Origin: Gnetum montanum
Lineage: Eukaryota > Plantae > Gnetophyta
DNA: 64,000 nucleotides
Reading direction: 5' to 3'
Assembly (NCBI GenBank): GCA_015680685.1
Contig: MNCI01002612.1
Coordinates: forward strand, 348,514-412,513
Shown here: positions 33,830-46,187 of the stretch, one piece after another
How positions within the stretch are numbered: position 1 is the first letter of the stretch
How the letters are laid out: each line of letters opens with the position of its first letter
Position numbers and translations under genes: made by a program
Notes under the pieces: model-generated
What the model saw: only the letters and a program-made list of their open reading frames with translations
Told to the model about the DNA's origin: nothing
Database searches by the model: none

Positions 33830-36800
33830 ATGCTCCATTTTCATAGGCCTTGGTGGCCAAGAAAAGCCCTTCCCAGTTGGCTGAGAATTTATCTGCAGGT
33901 TTGTGAATGACCTTGAGGACTAAGTCGCCTCTCCTGATCGAGCATTGATACTAATTGTGCCAGTGCTTTTGTCATTACTTTTCCTGGTACCATTCGATGT
34001 AATCAAGCATCTACATGTGCTCCTCCTCTATAGATTTGAAGATGATGGTTCTAAAATAATTTTTCTGAGCCTTATCAATGAAGCTCAAGAGGATCACATG
34101 GAGTAATGAAAATTGTAATTCAAGAGGCAAAATCGCTTCAGACCCATATACAAGGTTATATGGTGTCTTACTTGTTATTGTTCTGCATGTTGTGTGGTAG
34201 GCCCATAGTTCATAGACTAGCTACTTGTGCCATTGCTATTTGTTGCTACTAAGCATCTTCTTCAAAATGTTGACGATGAACTTATTTGTGGCCTCTACTT
34301 GGCCATTTACTTACGAGTAGTATGGAAATGAAAAGAAATGCTTAATGCTAAGGTGTTTGCAAAAGGTTTTGGTTTTTGCACTACTAAACTATGTTGTCCA
34401 TGACTATAGTCATGGGTAGACCAAATTGGGTCACTATATTATCAAGGATGAATTTGCAAACTTCTTGCGATGTTGTCTTCCTAAGGGGAATAGCTTCAAC
34501 CCACTTGCTAAAGTATTCGAATGTGGTTATGATGAAGCTATGTCCTATGGAAGAATTAGGTGTGATAGGTCTTGTGATATCCAACCCCCAATGTTGGAAT
34601 GACCATGTGATCTGTGTGGTGTGCAATTTAATGGGTGCCACGTGCATTAAGTTGCCATTCCGTTGACACATGTCACACATCTTGACCTTGGAAACACAAT
34701 CGTGCTCCATATAAGGCCAATAGTAGGCTAAACATCTAATTTTCAATGCCATTTCCCTAAGTGCTATGTGACCTTTACATAGTCCCTCATGGACTTGATC
34801 AATCATCATTTGTGCTTCACTATTGCTAACATAGGTTAACAGTATGCCATCATAGGATCTACGACATAGTGTGTTATCACCTACGAGGACGTACTACTAT
34901 GATCATTTTCGCATTGCATCCTTTTATGTAGTGGTTAGATGTTGCAGAGGCTCACCCTATTGAAGTTACGTGTTAATGTCATCGTACCATTCTTGTGCAT
35001 GAGTTATGCTTATTGTGGCTATGGATGCAATGTCAATTGTTTGCATAATATGTTCAGTGTAATCCGTTACTAAGGAGAGCAAGGCATGAAACATGTTAGG
35101 TGCAATGCTTAAGGCTAATGTGGCTAATGCATCAGTAGTAGCATTCTCATTATGGGGAATATGTTGGACATCTTTAGTTGCAAATTGTTTGAGTAAGTGC
35201 TTTGCCAAGTTGCAGTAAGGTTGTAAGTGTTATTTTTTGCAAGCGTAAACCTTTGTAACTTGGTTAACAACTAGCTGTGAATCATCACAAATATCTAGGT
35301 TTTGGATTCCTAGATCATGGGCTACTAAGATGCCTTTAAGGAGACCTTCATACTTTGCTACGTTGTTGGTGCAAGGAAATGCCAAGTGATAAGCAAAGGG
35401 TTGGATCTCCCCAGAGAGAAATGTGATTATAGTAGTGGTACTACCCCCTTAAGAGGTTGAAGCACCATCAAAGTGTAAGACTATCTCAAAGGTAGTAAGC
35501 ACTTGGCTTATGCTAGTAACATGCTCATCCAGAAATTTTGGATCTATTATTGTTTAATCATTTATTGGTGAAGCCATTAGTTGTGCAACTATTTCTTGAG
35601 CTTTAGTTGATGCTTGTGCTATGTAGTGCAAGTCAAAATCTACAGTTATTACTTTCCACCATGCAATCTGACTACTTTCATAAATGTTTATAGTGATTAC
35701 CTGGAGTACATTGCTTTTGTAGATGATATTTACTTAGCTACGAAAAAAAATAGTGCCTCCACTTCTTAAGCGTGAAGACTAAGATGAGGTAGTTATTTTC
35801 CACATCATTGTACTTTGCTTCATGGGCTACTAACGCATGGCTTAGGTAGTATATAGGGACCTTTAAGCCATCGTCTTGCTTTTGGCAAAGCAAAGAGGCA
35901 ATGGATGTGTTGGAGGTTACAAGGTAGATGTAGAATGGTTTATCTCCTTGTGTAGGGTAGATTGTAGGAAGTTGAGCCAACTCCTTTTAAAGTTATCAAA
36001 TGCTATTTGGCATTGAGTTGTCCACTCAAAGTGGACCCCCTTTTTGAGCAAATGTTGCATTAGCTGCAACTTGTTAATCAATCGTGTGATAATCCTGCGA
36101 ATGAATTGTAATCTACCTTGTAACCCACATAGCTCCTTAAGGTTAGTTGGTGGTGCTAAGTTGATGATAGCCTTAACCTTATGGGGCTCTACACATATGC
36201 CTTCTTCTGATACTATGTAACCTAGCATGTGATCCATTTTGACATTGAAGACATACTTCTTAGGATTCAATCTAAGGTCATGTCTTAGGCAATGTTTGAG
36301 TACATGGTCTAAGTCATCTATGTGGTTGTGTCACCTTGGACTTAATAATTATGTCATCAACATAATCATTGAAAAAATATAGCAAATAATTGCAAAAAAT
36401 GTATGTCATACTGCATTGATAGGTTGCTCCTACATTCTTTAGTCTGAAAGACATCATTGTGTAGCAAAATGTACCCCAAGGGGTCATGAAGGTAGTACTA
36501 AGCTAGTGATCTAAGTTGATCCAAATTTGGTTGTAACCAAAGAACCCATCCATAAAGGACAACAAGGCATGACTAGCTATAGTATTGACTAGTTGATTAA
36601 TACTAGGAAATGGGAAGTTGTCTTTAATGGTCACCTTGTTGAGGTCCTGGAAGTCTATGCAAATGCCTATACTTTTATTTTCCTTGAGCACAACCATGAT
36701 GTTGGAGACCCAATCTATGTAGTCAACTTCCTGGATGAAACTAGGTTTGTAAAGCTTGGTGATTTCATCACGGATTGCCAACGTCACCTTAGGCCTAACC

Positions 36801-37230
36801 TTGCAAGCTTTTTTCTTAATTGGTTTTATGTAAGGATCAAGGATTATATTGTGCTACACTATGTGAGGATCTAGGCTTGACATGTCCTCATAGGACCATG
36901 CAAATTCCTTGATATTATCATTGAGGACTTTGGTGGTGCTATGGGTATGTTGAGGCTCTAACAAAGAACTAAGTTTTAGTGTTTTCACCTCGCCACTAAG
37001 TGTTGTTATAGAGACTTCAACGAGGGGATCCTTAGTGATGTTGCTTGCCTCTAGATCTAGAGATTTAACTAGATGATCCAGCCAATCTAGTAGTGCCTCT
37101 ACAGATGTTATGTGTTCATCATAGGCCATGGGATCAAGGTCTAGGCATTCAGTATTGATGCATTGTGTGAGCTCACCATGAGGCTCGATAAGAACCAGAG
37201 GTGAATGAAGGTGCCCGCAAGTGCTCATGT
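33830..37230 (-). pseudogene. pol: Tat pol: RT, RNase H, additional archaeal-type RNase H (aRH), integrase
   Basis: FAWSYEDMSSLDP, WVSNIMVV, CIDFQDLNK, FMDGFFGYNQI (RT); PIYYLSHAL (RH); LHFDGA, CTNNVAKYEGL, DSQLVVNQV, HIPHNENATTDALA (aRH, ~35480-35100); HEGLCKGH, YYWPYM, WGLDI, YFSKWVEAIPL (INT). Confidence 0.92.
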
Positions 37231-39199
37231 TGTGATTCTACCAGGAATCTTGCAAAACAACTAGAAAGAACATCAAGTCTCACTTGTCTTAAATGAAGTC
37301 AAAAGTTATAAAATAAGGAAAAAAATATAATGGAAATTTTCCTAAGTATGCAAATGTGGAATTATAGAAGCACGTACATGTGCCAATTTAAGGTCATGGC
37401 TAATTGTTAATTGTGCAAGCTACGTTGGTTTAGGCAAGGCTAGTAGCACTTAGAATGCGAAGTCAGGTTGGGCATTCACTAGGCAACCAAAAAAATTTAG
37501 AAAATTTTCTAAGTTTGGGGACCACTAGAAAAAGTTTGAAAATTTTCCTAACTATGGTTGCTACACTCTACTCCTTATTATGCTCAACCCCTTACTATGC
37601 TCAGAAAAACTTGGAAAATTTACCTAAGTGCAGGGTGCCATCCTAGTAGGTAGCGCATTTAATTACCCTGGGAGGGTATATATACATGTTTTGCCAAGGG
37701 TAAACTATCATTTTCCAAAGTGATTATAGAGCATAACATGGTTGGAGCAAGGAGTGGAAGCTAGAGCATAGTGATCAGATCATAATATCTAGAGCATAAT
37801 AGCCAAAATGTAGTAGTCAACATGACATGATAAAGTGAATGTTAGCACCCTAGACTTGTCAACATGGATGAGGAAGAACGAGCGCTAATATTTCTGCCCT
37901 AGGCATGCATGGAGGAATAGAGGGAATTTTTGTCCACCAGGTATGCCACTACACTCACCTCCCTTGCACAATTTCTTTTCTTTGTATTTTGTTTCTTTCG
38001 CTTTACCTTGTGTTAGGGTTTAGGCTTTGGGGTGGCTTGCCTTAATAGGGATCATTGCTGCTATGGTCACACTAGCTGCTATGACCAGGAAGGAAGGACA
38101 TGTTTGTGGTTAGTGGATTTTGCTTTGGTGCTTACTTTCTCTTTTTGTGTTACTATGTGGTGATGCGTGGGCATGGGTTTTTGCATTTTGGGTTCATTTT
38201 AGGCAATGTGGCCAAGGTTTTCTACAAAATATTTTTGCCTTTATTTTGAGGGCCACAACACATGGGAACAAGGGAAAGGGTAGAAGTGAAGGTCTTCTAG
38301 CTGTGACTATAGAAACCACAGCCTAGGAGAAAGGGATCATGGGACTCCATCATCCTTCTTTTTTTTTTTGTGGTCACATGAGTGGAGAAATCAAGGTTTG
38401 GCGATAGCCTTAGGGCCGCCACCTGTAGGGGTAGGGACAAGGAAAGCATGGGGAGCCATGGGATGAGCATACTTCACAGTGCAGCTAAGGGCTAATGAAA
38501 GGAAAAAGGGAGGGCCACAAGGCATGCGGTGCTATGAAAAAGAGATTCTTTTTGTGTTCCCCATGGGCTTGAGGCCAAGGTAGGGTGAAGAACACAGCCA
38601 CAAGGGCAGTGACCATTGTGGGGAAATAAGGGGACAGGGAGAGCCATGACAAGTCATAGCGATGGCGAGTGCTTTAGCACACGATGTTAGAGCGCAATGG
38701 GGCTAGGTGGCACTGTGAAGGGGGCACAATGCTTAAGGCAATGGTGCAATGTAGAAATGGGAGTAGTAGTTAGTTTTTTTATTTTTTTGAAAATTTTTTG
38801 GGTGTTTTGGGGCTATGCTCCCAACTATTATAATTTTTTGTTGATTTTTTCAGTTAAAAAAATTTCATGCTTTTTGGGGGCTACACTTCCTGAGGAGAGT
38901 AGCTGACAATTAGAATTTTTTAACATTTTCCTGGGTTATGCTTCCAGGGAGAGGTAACCTAGAGTTAGAATTTTTTTGTGAACACCCTAGGTTACACTAC
39001 CCAAAGTTAGAAAAAATTTAAAAATTTGCTAAGTGTAAAAATGAAATAAAATTCCAAACACAAGAATTATAAGTGTAAGAATGCTAAGTGGAATGCCACA
39101 TGCAAAAAAAAAAATACTAAGTGTATCATAGCTTTTCCAAAACACCAAACTTATAATGCACAACATGTGAATGTGAAGCAAAATGCTAATGCTATGTTA

Positions 39200-42100
39200 A
39201 TGTTGTACCCCAATGAGCACCAGGCGTGTCAAATGTGTGTACTAATGTCCTATGGTAGTGGGGCCCATAGGTATCCCTAAGGATATATTTTCTTCTTGAG
39301 TTATGCTACCCTATGTTAATTTTGCTAATTTTGCTAAGTGTAATTCAATATATTTTTGTGCATCTAATGCATACTAACGCATTTTTTGTTGCTTTTGTGA
39401 TTGCAGGGTATTGTTGAAGCCAATTCTCATCATGGTGGAGCTCGTTTGCATCCTTTGCTATATTAGTGAGCCCATTTCAAACATTCCCACACTAGACATG
39501 CAGTTGGGTCACTAGGCGGTATGGTTCTAGCTAAGAGCACGTGACTTCCTGGAATTCCTACTCCAACAATTTAGCATGATGATGTGATCACACTTAGTGG
39601 TGGAAGTTGCTAATGTCATCATGAAGACATTTATGCCTAGGGAAAACTAGAGCATTTTGAGGTTCATGTCTGATCAGCCGACTACCAGTGATGGTAGAGT
39701 AGGGGGTTTAGGCTGAGGCCTTAAGGGCATTAGGCCTTTGTCTAGGATCTAGGAGATGCCAGAATTTAGTTGTTATAGCAAGAGAAACACTCTCTTTATT
39801 GCTTGACATGTGCATACCTTGTTTTAGAACCCACCTAGGATAGTGTACTATGCTAGAGTGTAAGTGTCCTTATGATTTTTGCATTATTCCTTTGGCTATT
39901 GCCTCATACTAAGGTGCTAATTGCTCATGTTTGTTGCTAGGTTTAGCATTGATGAGCATGGCTTGCATGATAAGGAGGGGGCCCTGAACCTAACCCACAC
40001 TACCTTGTAGGAATTTTCATCCTACAAGAGTGTNNNNNNNNNNNNNNNNNNNNNNNNNNNNNNNNNNNNNNNNNNNNNNNNNNNNNNNNNNNNNNNNNNN
40101 NNNNNNNNNNNNNNNNNNNNNNNNNNNNNNNNNNNNNNNNNNNNNNNNNNNNNNNNNNNNNNNNNNNNNNNNNNNNNNNNNNNNNNNNNNNNNNNNNNNN
40201 NNNNNNNNNNNNNNNNNNNNNNNNNNNNNNNNNNNNNNNNNNNNNNNNNNNNNNNNNNNNNNNNNNNNNNNNNNNNNNNNNNNNNNNNNNNNNNNNNNNN
40301 NNNNNNNNNNNNNNNNNNNNNNNNNNNNNNNNNNNNNNNNNNNNNNNNNNNNNNNNNNNNNNNNNNNNNNNNNNNNNNNNNNNNNNNNNNNNNNNNNNNN
40401 NNNNNNNNNNNNNNNNNNNNNNNNNNNNNNNNNNNNNNNNNNNNNNNNNNNNNNNNNNNNNNNNNNNNNNNNNNNNNNNNNNNNNNNNNNNNNNNNNNNN
40501 NNNNNNNNNNNNNNNNNNNNNNNNNNNNNNNNNNNNNNNNNNNNNNNNNNNNNNNNNNNNNNNNNNNNNNNNNNNNNNNNNNNNNNNNNNNNNNNNNNNN
40601 NNNNNNNNNNNNNNNNNNNNNNNNNNNNNNNNNNNNNNNNNNNNNNNNNNNNNNNNNNNNNNNNNNNNNNNNNNNNNNNNNNNNNNNNNNNNNNNNNNNN
40701 NNNNNNNNNNNNNNNNNNNNNNNNNNNNNNNNNNNNNNNNNNNNNNNNTGGTGAGTCATTTTCCATAACAACTAAAGGTTACTTGGGGTGATCTCACTAC
40801 TTAAATGATAGTGTAGGTGAGGCCCTACCAATTGGTACTAGGAATGCGACCATGGTGAAGTGTTACATTGTTGAGATGATGGGATTGTCTAAGGTAAAGA
40901 TTAAGAGGCCACACCTTGTAGAGGAGCCTGCACAAGATAGTAAGAGGATTTTCCTAAATTTTTGTGACTTGTGTATGGATGTTGCAAGTTAGTACGAGTT
41001 ATTAGATGCATTTTTAAAGTTTATATATTTATATTTTTATGCTTCTTGCACTATGCTATATTATGCTAAGTGTTAAATGCTAATTTCAACTTATGTGTGA
41101 ATTGTTGAAATTAGGTGACAGGGTTACCAGAGTAGTGATAGAGGCAATAGTAGAGGAGGTTGCTCCTCAAAATAAGGAGGAAGAGACATATGAGGAATAA
41201 TTGCGATGCTATCTATTACTGCTCTCTTTCTACTCTTGCATCCTTGGCTGTTTGATTGTTGCTAAATGTGTTATTGCATTGTAGATACTGAGGTACCTGC
41301 CAATGGTCCAGCATCCACCTCTACCTACTGCATGGAGACATGGTTAGAAGTGCCTGACAAATTCACCTTCATGGAAGGTCTGGTTGAGGATGTGGTGGAC
41401 TGCCTATAGCAAGTAGATCTTAAGCTTGGTATGCATGTGATGTTACTTTACTTATCTTGCTTTACTAATTTGAAACTTAGTCTGTGGCTAATGTTATTTT
41501 GCTTGCTGTATGACAACAAGTTCTAAGCTTTGTTGGGATCTAAGCAGGGTGGCCAAGGTGGATGCCATCCCTAAGTTTTCCCTTCAAGTGAAGTAAGTAC
41601 CCCACCATGTGTATGAGGCAGTTAGTAAGTGAATGCTTTCATGTGAGAAAGCATTATGGGTTTGCAGGTGCACCAATGAGAACCTGTGGGAATGAGTACA
41701 CGAGCTCTAGGATAAGGTGCTAAGCCAAGATGCTAAGATGGAGGACTTACAATTTCCTTATGGCTCATGCACAAGGGGATAATACCTAGCAGATAGCAGA
41801 TAGCAGAGATTGACTATGCCAAGTACTAGTCTGCAATTTAGGGCAAAAATGAGGCCACCAGAGAGATTATCGAGCAGAGGTTATAAATGGAATTACTAGC
41901 CTAAAAAAATAAAGATTGGAAAGATTATAGTGCAAAGGTATATTAGTGGGGATAGACTCAGAAGAGCCACAAGCACCACTACAAGAACAAGTGAGATGCA
42001 TACCTTAAATAGTACAAGGAGGAATCCATTGCACACCGTTGTCACAAGATGTTCATTAAGGCAATAGGTAGGACATGAGCCTATGATTTATTTGCTCATC

Positions 42101-42530
42101 ATGTAGTGGTGAGTGGGTCTCTAGAGAGGAAAATTACTATGCCCTTAGGAAAGGTTTCCTCTACACATTTTTTATGGAGACACCTGCATGGACCACTGTG
42201 GACAAAGACAAGACCCTTGTGGGTATTGACTTTGGCTAGGAGGACTGGACACAGCTACAAAGACTAAAATTCTCTAATGCTTGGAGTTGGGCCTTGATAG
42301 ATTACCCCTAGAGATGGATGCAGGACCCTCTTAAGTTAGTTAGTTTTTTCTTATTTTGTGCTTTTTATGTTAGTTTTGCATGTTGTGCATTCATTGACTA
42401 GTTTATTATTTTGCATTGCTTTGAGTAGGCACTAGGGAATGTTGCAAGCCCCAGTAGATTGGCAGAGGAAGAGGAAGAGTAGCCTTAACCCACAATGAAC
42501 ACCATCGACTCAGTAGTCCTGATGCAGCCC
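39200..42530 (+). pseudogene. Degenerate multi-exon gene of unknown function, antisense inside the Tat element between PR and RT
   Basis: Purine-rich exons alternate with short T-rich introns. Branch TACTAAC 39372 with TTGCAG 39406; GTAAGT 39860 and GCTAG 39940; GTTAGT 40988 and ATTAG 41114; TTGTAG 41284; GTATGC 41429; GTAAGT 41593 and TTGCAG 41667; GTTAGT 42335. Exons translate to protein-like text with isolated stops. Confidence 0.6.
40034..40748. other. Assembly gap (N run)
   Basis: Run of n; the poly-X ORFs here are artefacts. Confidence 1.
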
Positions 42531-42729
42531 TACTATAGGGTAATTTTGCATTTTTGGAAATTTTTGCTATATAGTCATGCCATGTATTTTATTGATGGAT
42601 TAATGGAGGTGTAATAATAAACTATTTTTTTACTATGTGGGTTGCGTATTATGTAGAGTCTTGCATTTATTTGCTAAGTGTTGCATGATAATAATGTGGT
42701 GGATTGATGCGATTAGGCCCTTTGTGGAT

Positions 42730-43080
42730 CTCATGCTAGTTTAGGGCCATGGTGGGAGGGTTGTTACTATTTTTGGGCCATTTCAGGCCATGGAAATTGC
42801 TAGTTTAAGGTCATTTCAGGCCATGAATAAAGAAAAACGTTGTTGCCAGTTTTAGGCCTTGGTAGGCCATGTGATAGTTTTAGGCCATCTCAAGCTGCGA
42901 GGTGCTATTTTAAGGCCTTGGCAAGCCATGGTGATAGTTTTAGGCCATTCTAGGCTATTGCGATGAAAGAAAAAGGGTTGATAGTTTTAGGTTGTACTAG
43001 GTTTTATGCTAGTTTAAGGCCTTTCTAGGCCATGACAATGCGAGGAAGGTGGCTAGTTTTAGGCCATGGCAGACCATATA
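42730..43080. repeat. Short degenerate tandem repeats (GCTAGTTTTAGGCCAT-like)
   Basis: About ten copies of TAGTTT(T/A)AGGCC(A/T)T. Confidence 0.8.
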
Positions 43081-43399
43081 TATATTCTTTTTGTAATTTT
43101 AAATTTTATGATTTTTATATATGTTAGTGTTTTTTAATGCGTAAGAAAACTAAACAAAAATGTATAAACAAAAGAAATGAATGTGTAATAAAATAAATGA
43201 TGTAAAACAACAACCATGCAAAATGTAACTACAGAAGAAAAAGACAAATGGGGCATGCAAAGCTTAGGGGAAAATAGGCACTTAGCACCTATTGAACTAA
43301 GGGGATGTCTTAGTCATGTAATTGCTTCCTAACCCAATGTGGGTTAAGGGGTGCATAGGGTCTAGGCATCATGAGGCAATATTCATCTAGATCCTTGTC

Positions 43400-45560
43400 C
43401 ATGATGCTAAAGGAAAACTTTGCCCAAAGAGCTTCCTTGGAAAGGTCATCAACTTCTTTTGATTCTTAAAGTGGGTTTGCTAGATAAGGTTGACCCTCAT
43501 CCTTCATAGGTGGTGTGTCATCAGGGAACTCTACCTCTAACCCTTGTTCTATGTCAACGTTGTTGATGGTTGGAGGGGTCGCATTATTAGCATATATGAT
43601 CACTTCTTTGCCTTTGTATGGAAGGTGGATCTCTTGGTGAAGAGTTAACATGTAATTAGGCTAGCCAGGGCCTTCCCAAGATCAGGTTGAACCTGGGCAT
43701 CTCCTTGATGACAATGAATTTGGCTGTAGTGAGGAATCGCTCCCCTGCCATGAAACCTATTGGGATCGTCCCCTTTACAACAATGCGTGTCCCATTGAAG
43801 GACTTTAGGCACATTGTCTTTGTAGGTTTGATTTGATCAGTAAGACCAAGCTTGTTAAAAATTGGAAATGAGATGACATTAGTTGCCACCCTATCATTGA
43901 CATGCACCCTGCAAATCTTACATTGCCCTACATAGATTGTTATGAACATTGGCACGATGATGACTTGATCCTTTTCAGGGTCAACCTTCATCTTCTCATC
44001 TTGAAATGCTAGGGGCATTGAGCCCAATTCCTATGATGGAGGGGAAAGCATCATAGCATAGATGGCTTGTTAATCCACTTGGATGTCCTCCTTAATAGGA
44101 ATAGAGGTCAACATGTGAACTAATGCTTTGCAGTGAGTAGAGGAGTTCATGACCAAGTTGTATAAGCTCAAGGTTGTGTTTTTTGTTTCAGAGCCTATTG
44201 ACTTGTGTCAATGCATTTAAGAAATCCTTACCACTATTTGTTGCTTTATTAGCCTTCATCTCCTCCATGAGGCCTAAGAGACAAATCTCTCAGGCAGGAG
44301 ATTTGAGCTTTACTTGTTTCACTTACTTTTCAGCCTCAGTGCTCGATCATTGATTACTTACAATGGCATTCTTAGTTGATGTGGCCATGGGAATAGAAGA
44401 CAAGAGGATGGGCTTAGGGGGACCTAGCTCCATGCGTTCCCTAATCATCCTATCAATGAGGAATTCGTTGGGCCTCCTGGACTACCACCTAGACTGCTTG
44501 GTATTGTATGCAAGATGATGCCTTAGGTGAGCAAGGCCCAATGTAGTCCCCACCACCGAACTTTGAGTAAGCGGGGAGTCTACACGTTGTGGCACCTTGA
44601 TGATGAAGGGTGTCTAGGTTATTTTCATCACAATTTGTTGCAACAGTTATGGTTGCCTTTTTCTTTTCCTTGTCTTTCATTGCATGCACATTTTTGTAGG
44701 CCATGTAAGCCAAGTCCTTACTGGCCTTCACCATATCCTGAATGCTCTTTGTTTGAGAAAACACTTGACTCATGAAGTGTGGGGCAAAGTAGTACAACTT
44801 CGACTTGATGAAGTCATTCATTGCACCTTTGAAAATGGCCAGTAGGTGGATTTCTGCAATGGGCTCACAAATTTCATTAACGGTAATGCTCTAGCATTAG
44901 ATGAATTTTTGCATAGGCTCTAAGTGGCCCTACTTGATCTGCATTAGTTGATCCAGGGTTTCCTCAGGCTTCAATTTATACTTGAAGCAAGTGATGAATT
45001 GACTAAGCAATTCCCCCAAAGAAGATATGGAAGCCTTGGGGAGTGCATGGTACTAGTCTAGTGCCTTGTTGGTTAAGAACATGGCAAACATGCAGATGAT
45101 TGCATGTGGCCATGCTTGCAATAGAAGACATTCAGAAGAGAAGGTCGTTAGATGGGCATTAGGGTTCCCTTCACCATTGTATTTAGTGAACTGGGGAAGT
45201 TGGACTCCAAGAGGTAGGGTTAGTGATGGGACCGCAAGACTGATTGGATCATTTTATAGGAAGTGCCTTTGAGTTGCTTAACCTCATTGGTGAGTGTTTG
45301 AATGAGCTGGAATGCTTGGTCCAAGCTCAGAGTGGGCACAATGGGCTACATCGATTTTGCTACCCACTATGCTACTTGAGTGATTCACAACCCTGCTATG
45401 GGTTGTGTGACCACATGAGATGCCTATTACATGTGCTATTGCATGTAATACTGTGTGTGTTGTGCCATGGGCACAGAGGCTAGGATCCACCACATAGTCA
45501 TGGCTTGTGCCATTGTAGGGGATGCCAATGAGATAGGCAGAACACATGATGCTTGAGTTA
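43400..45560 (-). pseudogene. gag: Tat gag and aspartic protease
   Basis: FTKYNGEGNPNAHL..FAMFLTNKALD*YHALPKASISS..QFITCF (gag, ~45200-44900); RVHVNDRVATNVI..LKSFNG..FNLILGRPWL (PR, 43656-44027, catalytic motif decayed). Confidence 0.85.
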
Positions 45561-46164
45561 GTGGTGGTTGCATATTCTGAGCAATTTCCTCTCTACCAAG
45601 GTAGACCCCTTGGCCCTAGGAAGATTAATTGTGATCTCCTACTAAATAGGTCAAATAATAATTATGCTTAAGGTAGAGGTTGAGGGCTGCTTAGAGTTCA
45701 TGATGCTATGTCAAAAATGCCAAAGTTGTAGATGCTAAAAAATAGCTAAGTATAAGAATGCTGAAAAAATGGCTAAGTAAGAAGATGCTAAAAAATACTA
45801 AGAAAAAATGACTAATTCTAAAAACACTGCTAATAGAAAATAACTAGCTTTAGTATGCCACACTCACTATGCTGAGGCTTGTTACACTCTCACATTAAGA
45901 GTCAGCTACACTCTCCCAAGCACACAGAGTTTTGGCTAAGTGCCAAAGATATGCTTTGGCTTTCGTCTAATGGGGTTCTAAGGGAATGGACAACTGGGTC
46001 CAATCTACACCAATTGACTTGTAGACAACTCTTGTATTGGCCTATCATCTAGCTACTACCATGGTAGGTCCACAAGGGTTTTGAGTCTATGCTAGCCTAA
46101 AGCTAGTAATGAAGGTGCAAAGAGCAGGTAAGACTACTATTGAACACAGAAGGAAATGGCATGG

Positions 46165-46181
46165 CCCTACTTCTAGTGCTA
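46165..46181 (-). promoter_or_regulatory. Primer binding site, tRNA-Asn type
   Basis: Minus strand TAGCACTAGAAGTAGGG is TGGCGCTAGAAGGAGGG with 3 mismatches, 6 bp from the LTR. Confidence 0.75.
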
Positions 46182-46187
46182 GAAAAC

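Noticed and set aside
40017-40791. 249-253 aa ORFs
   Set aside because: Artefacts of the N gap.
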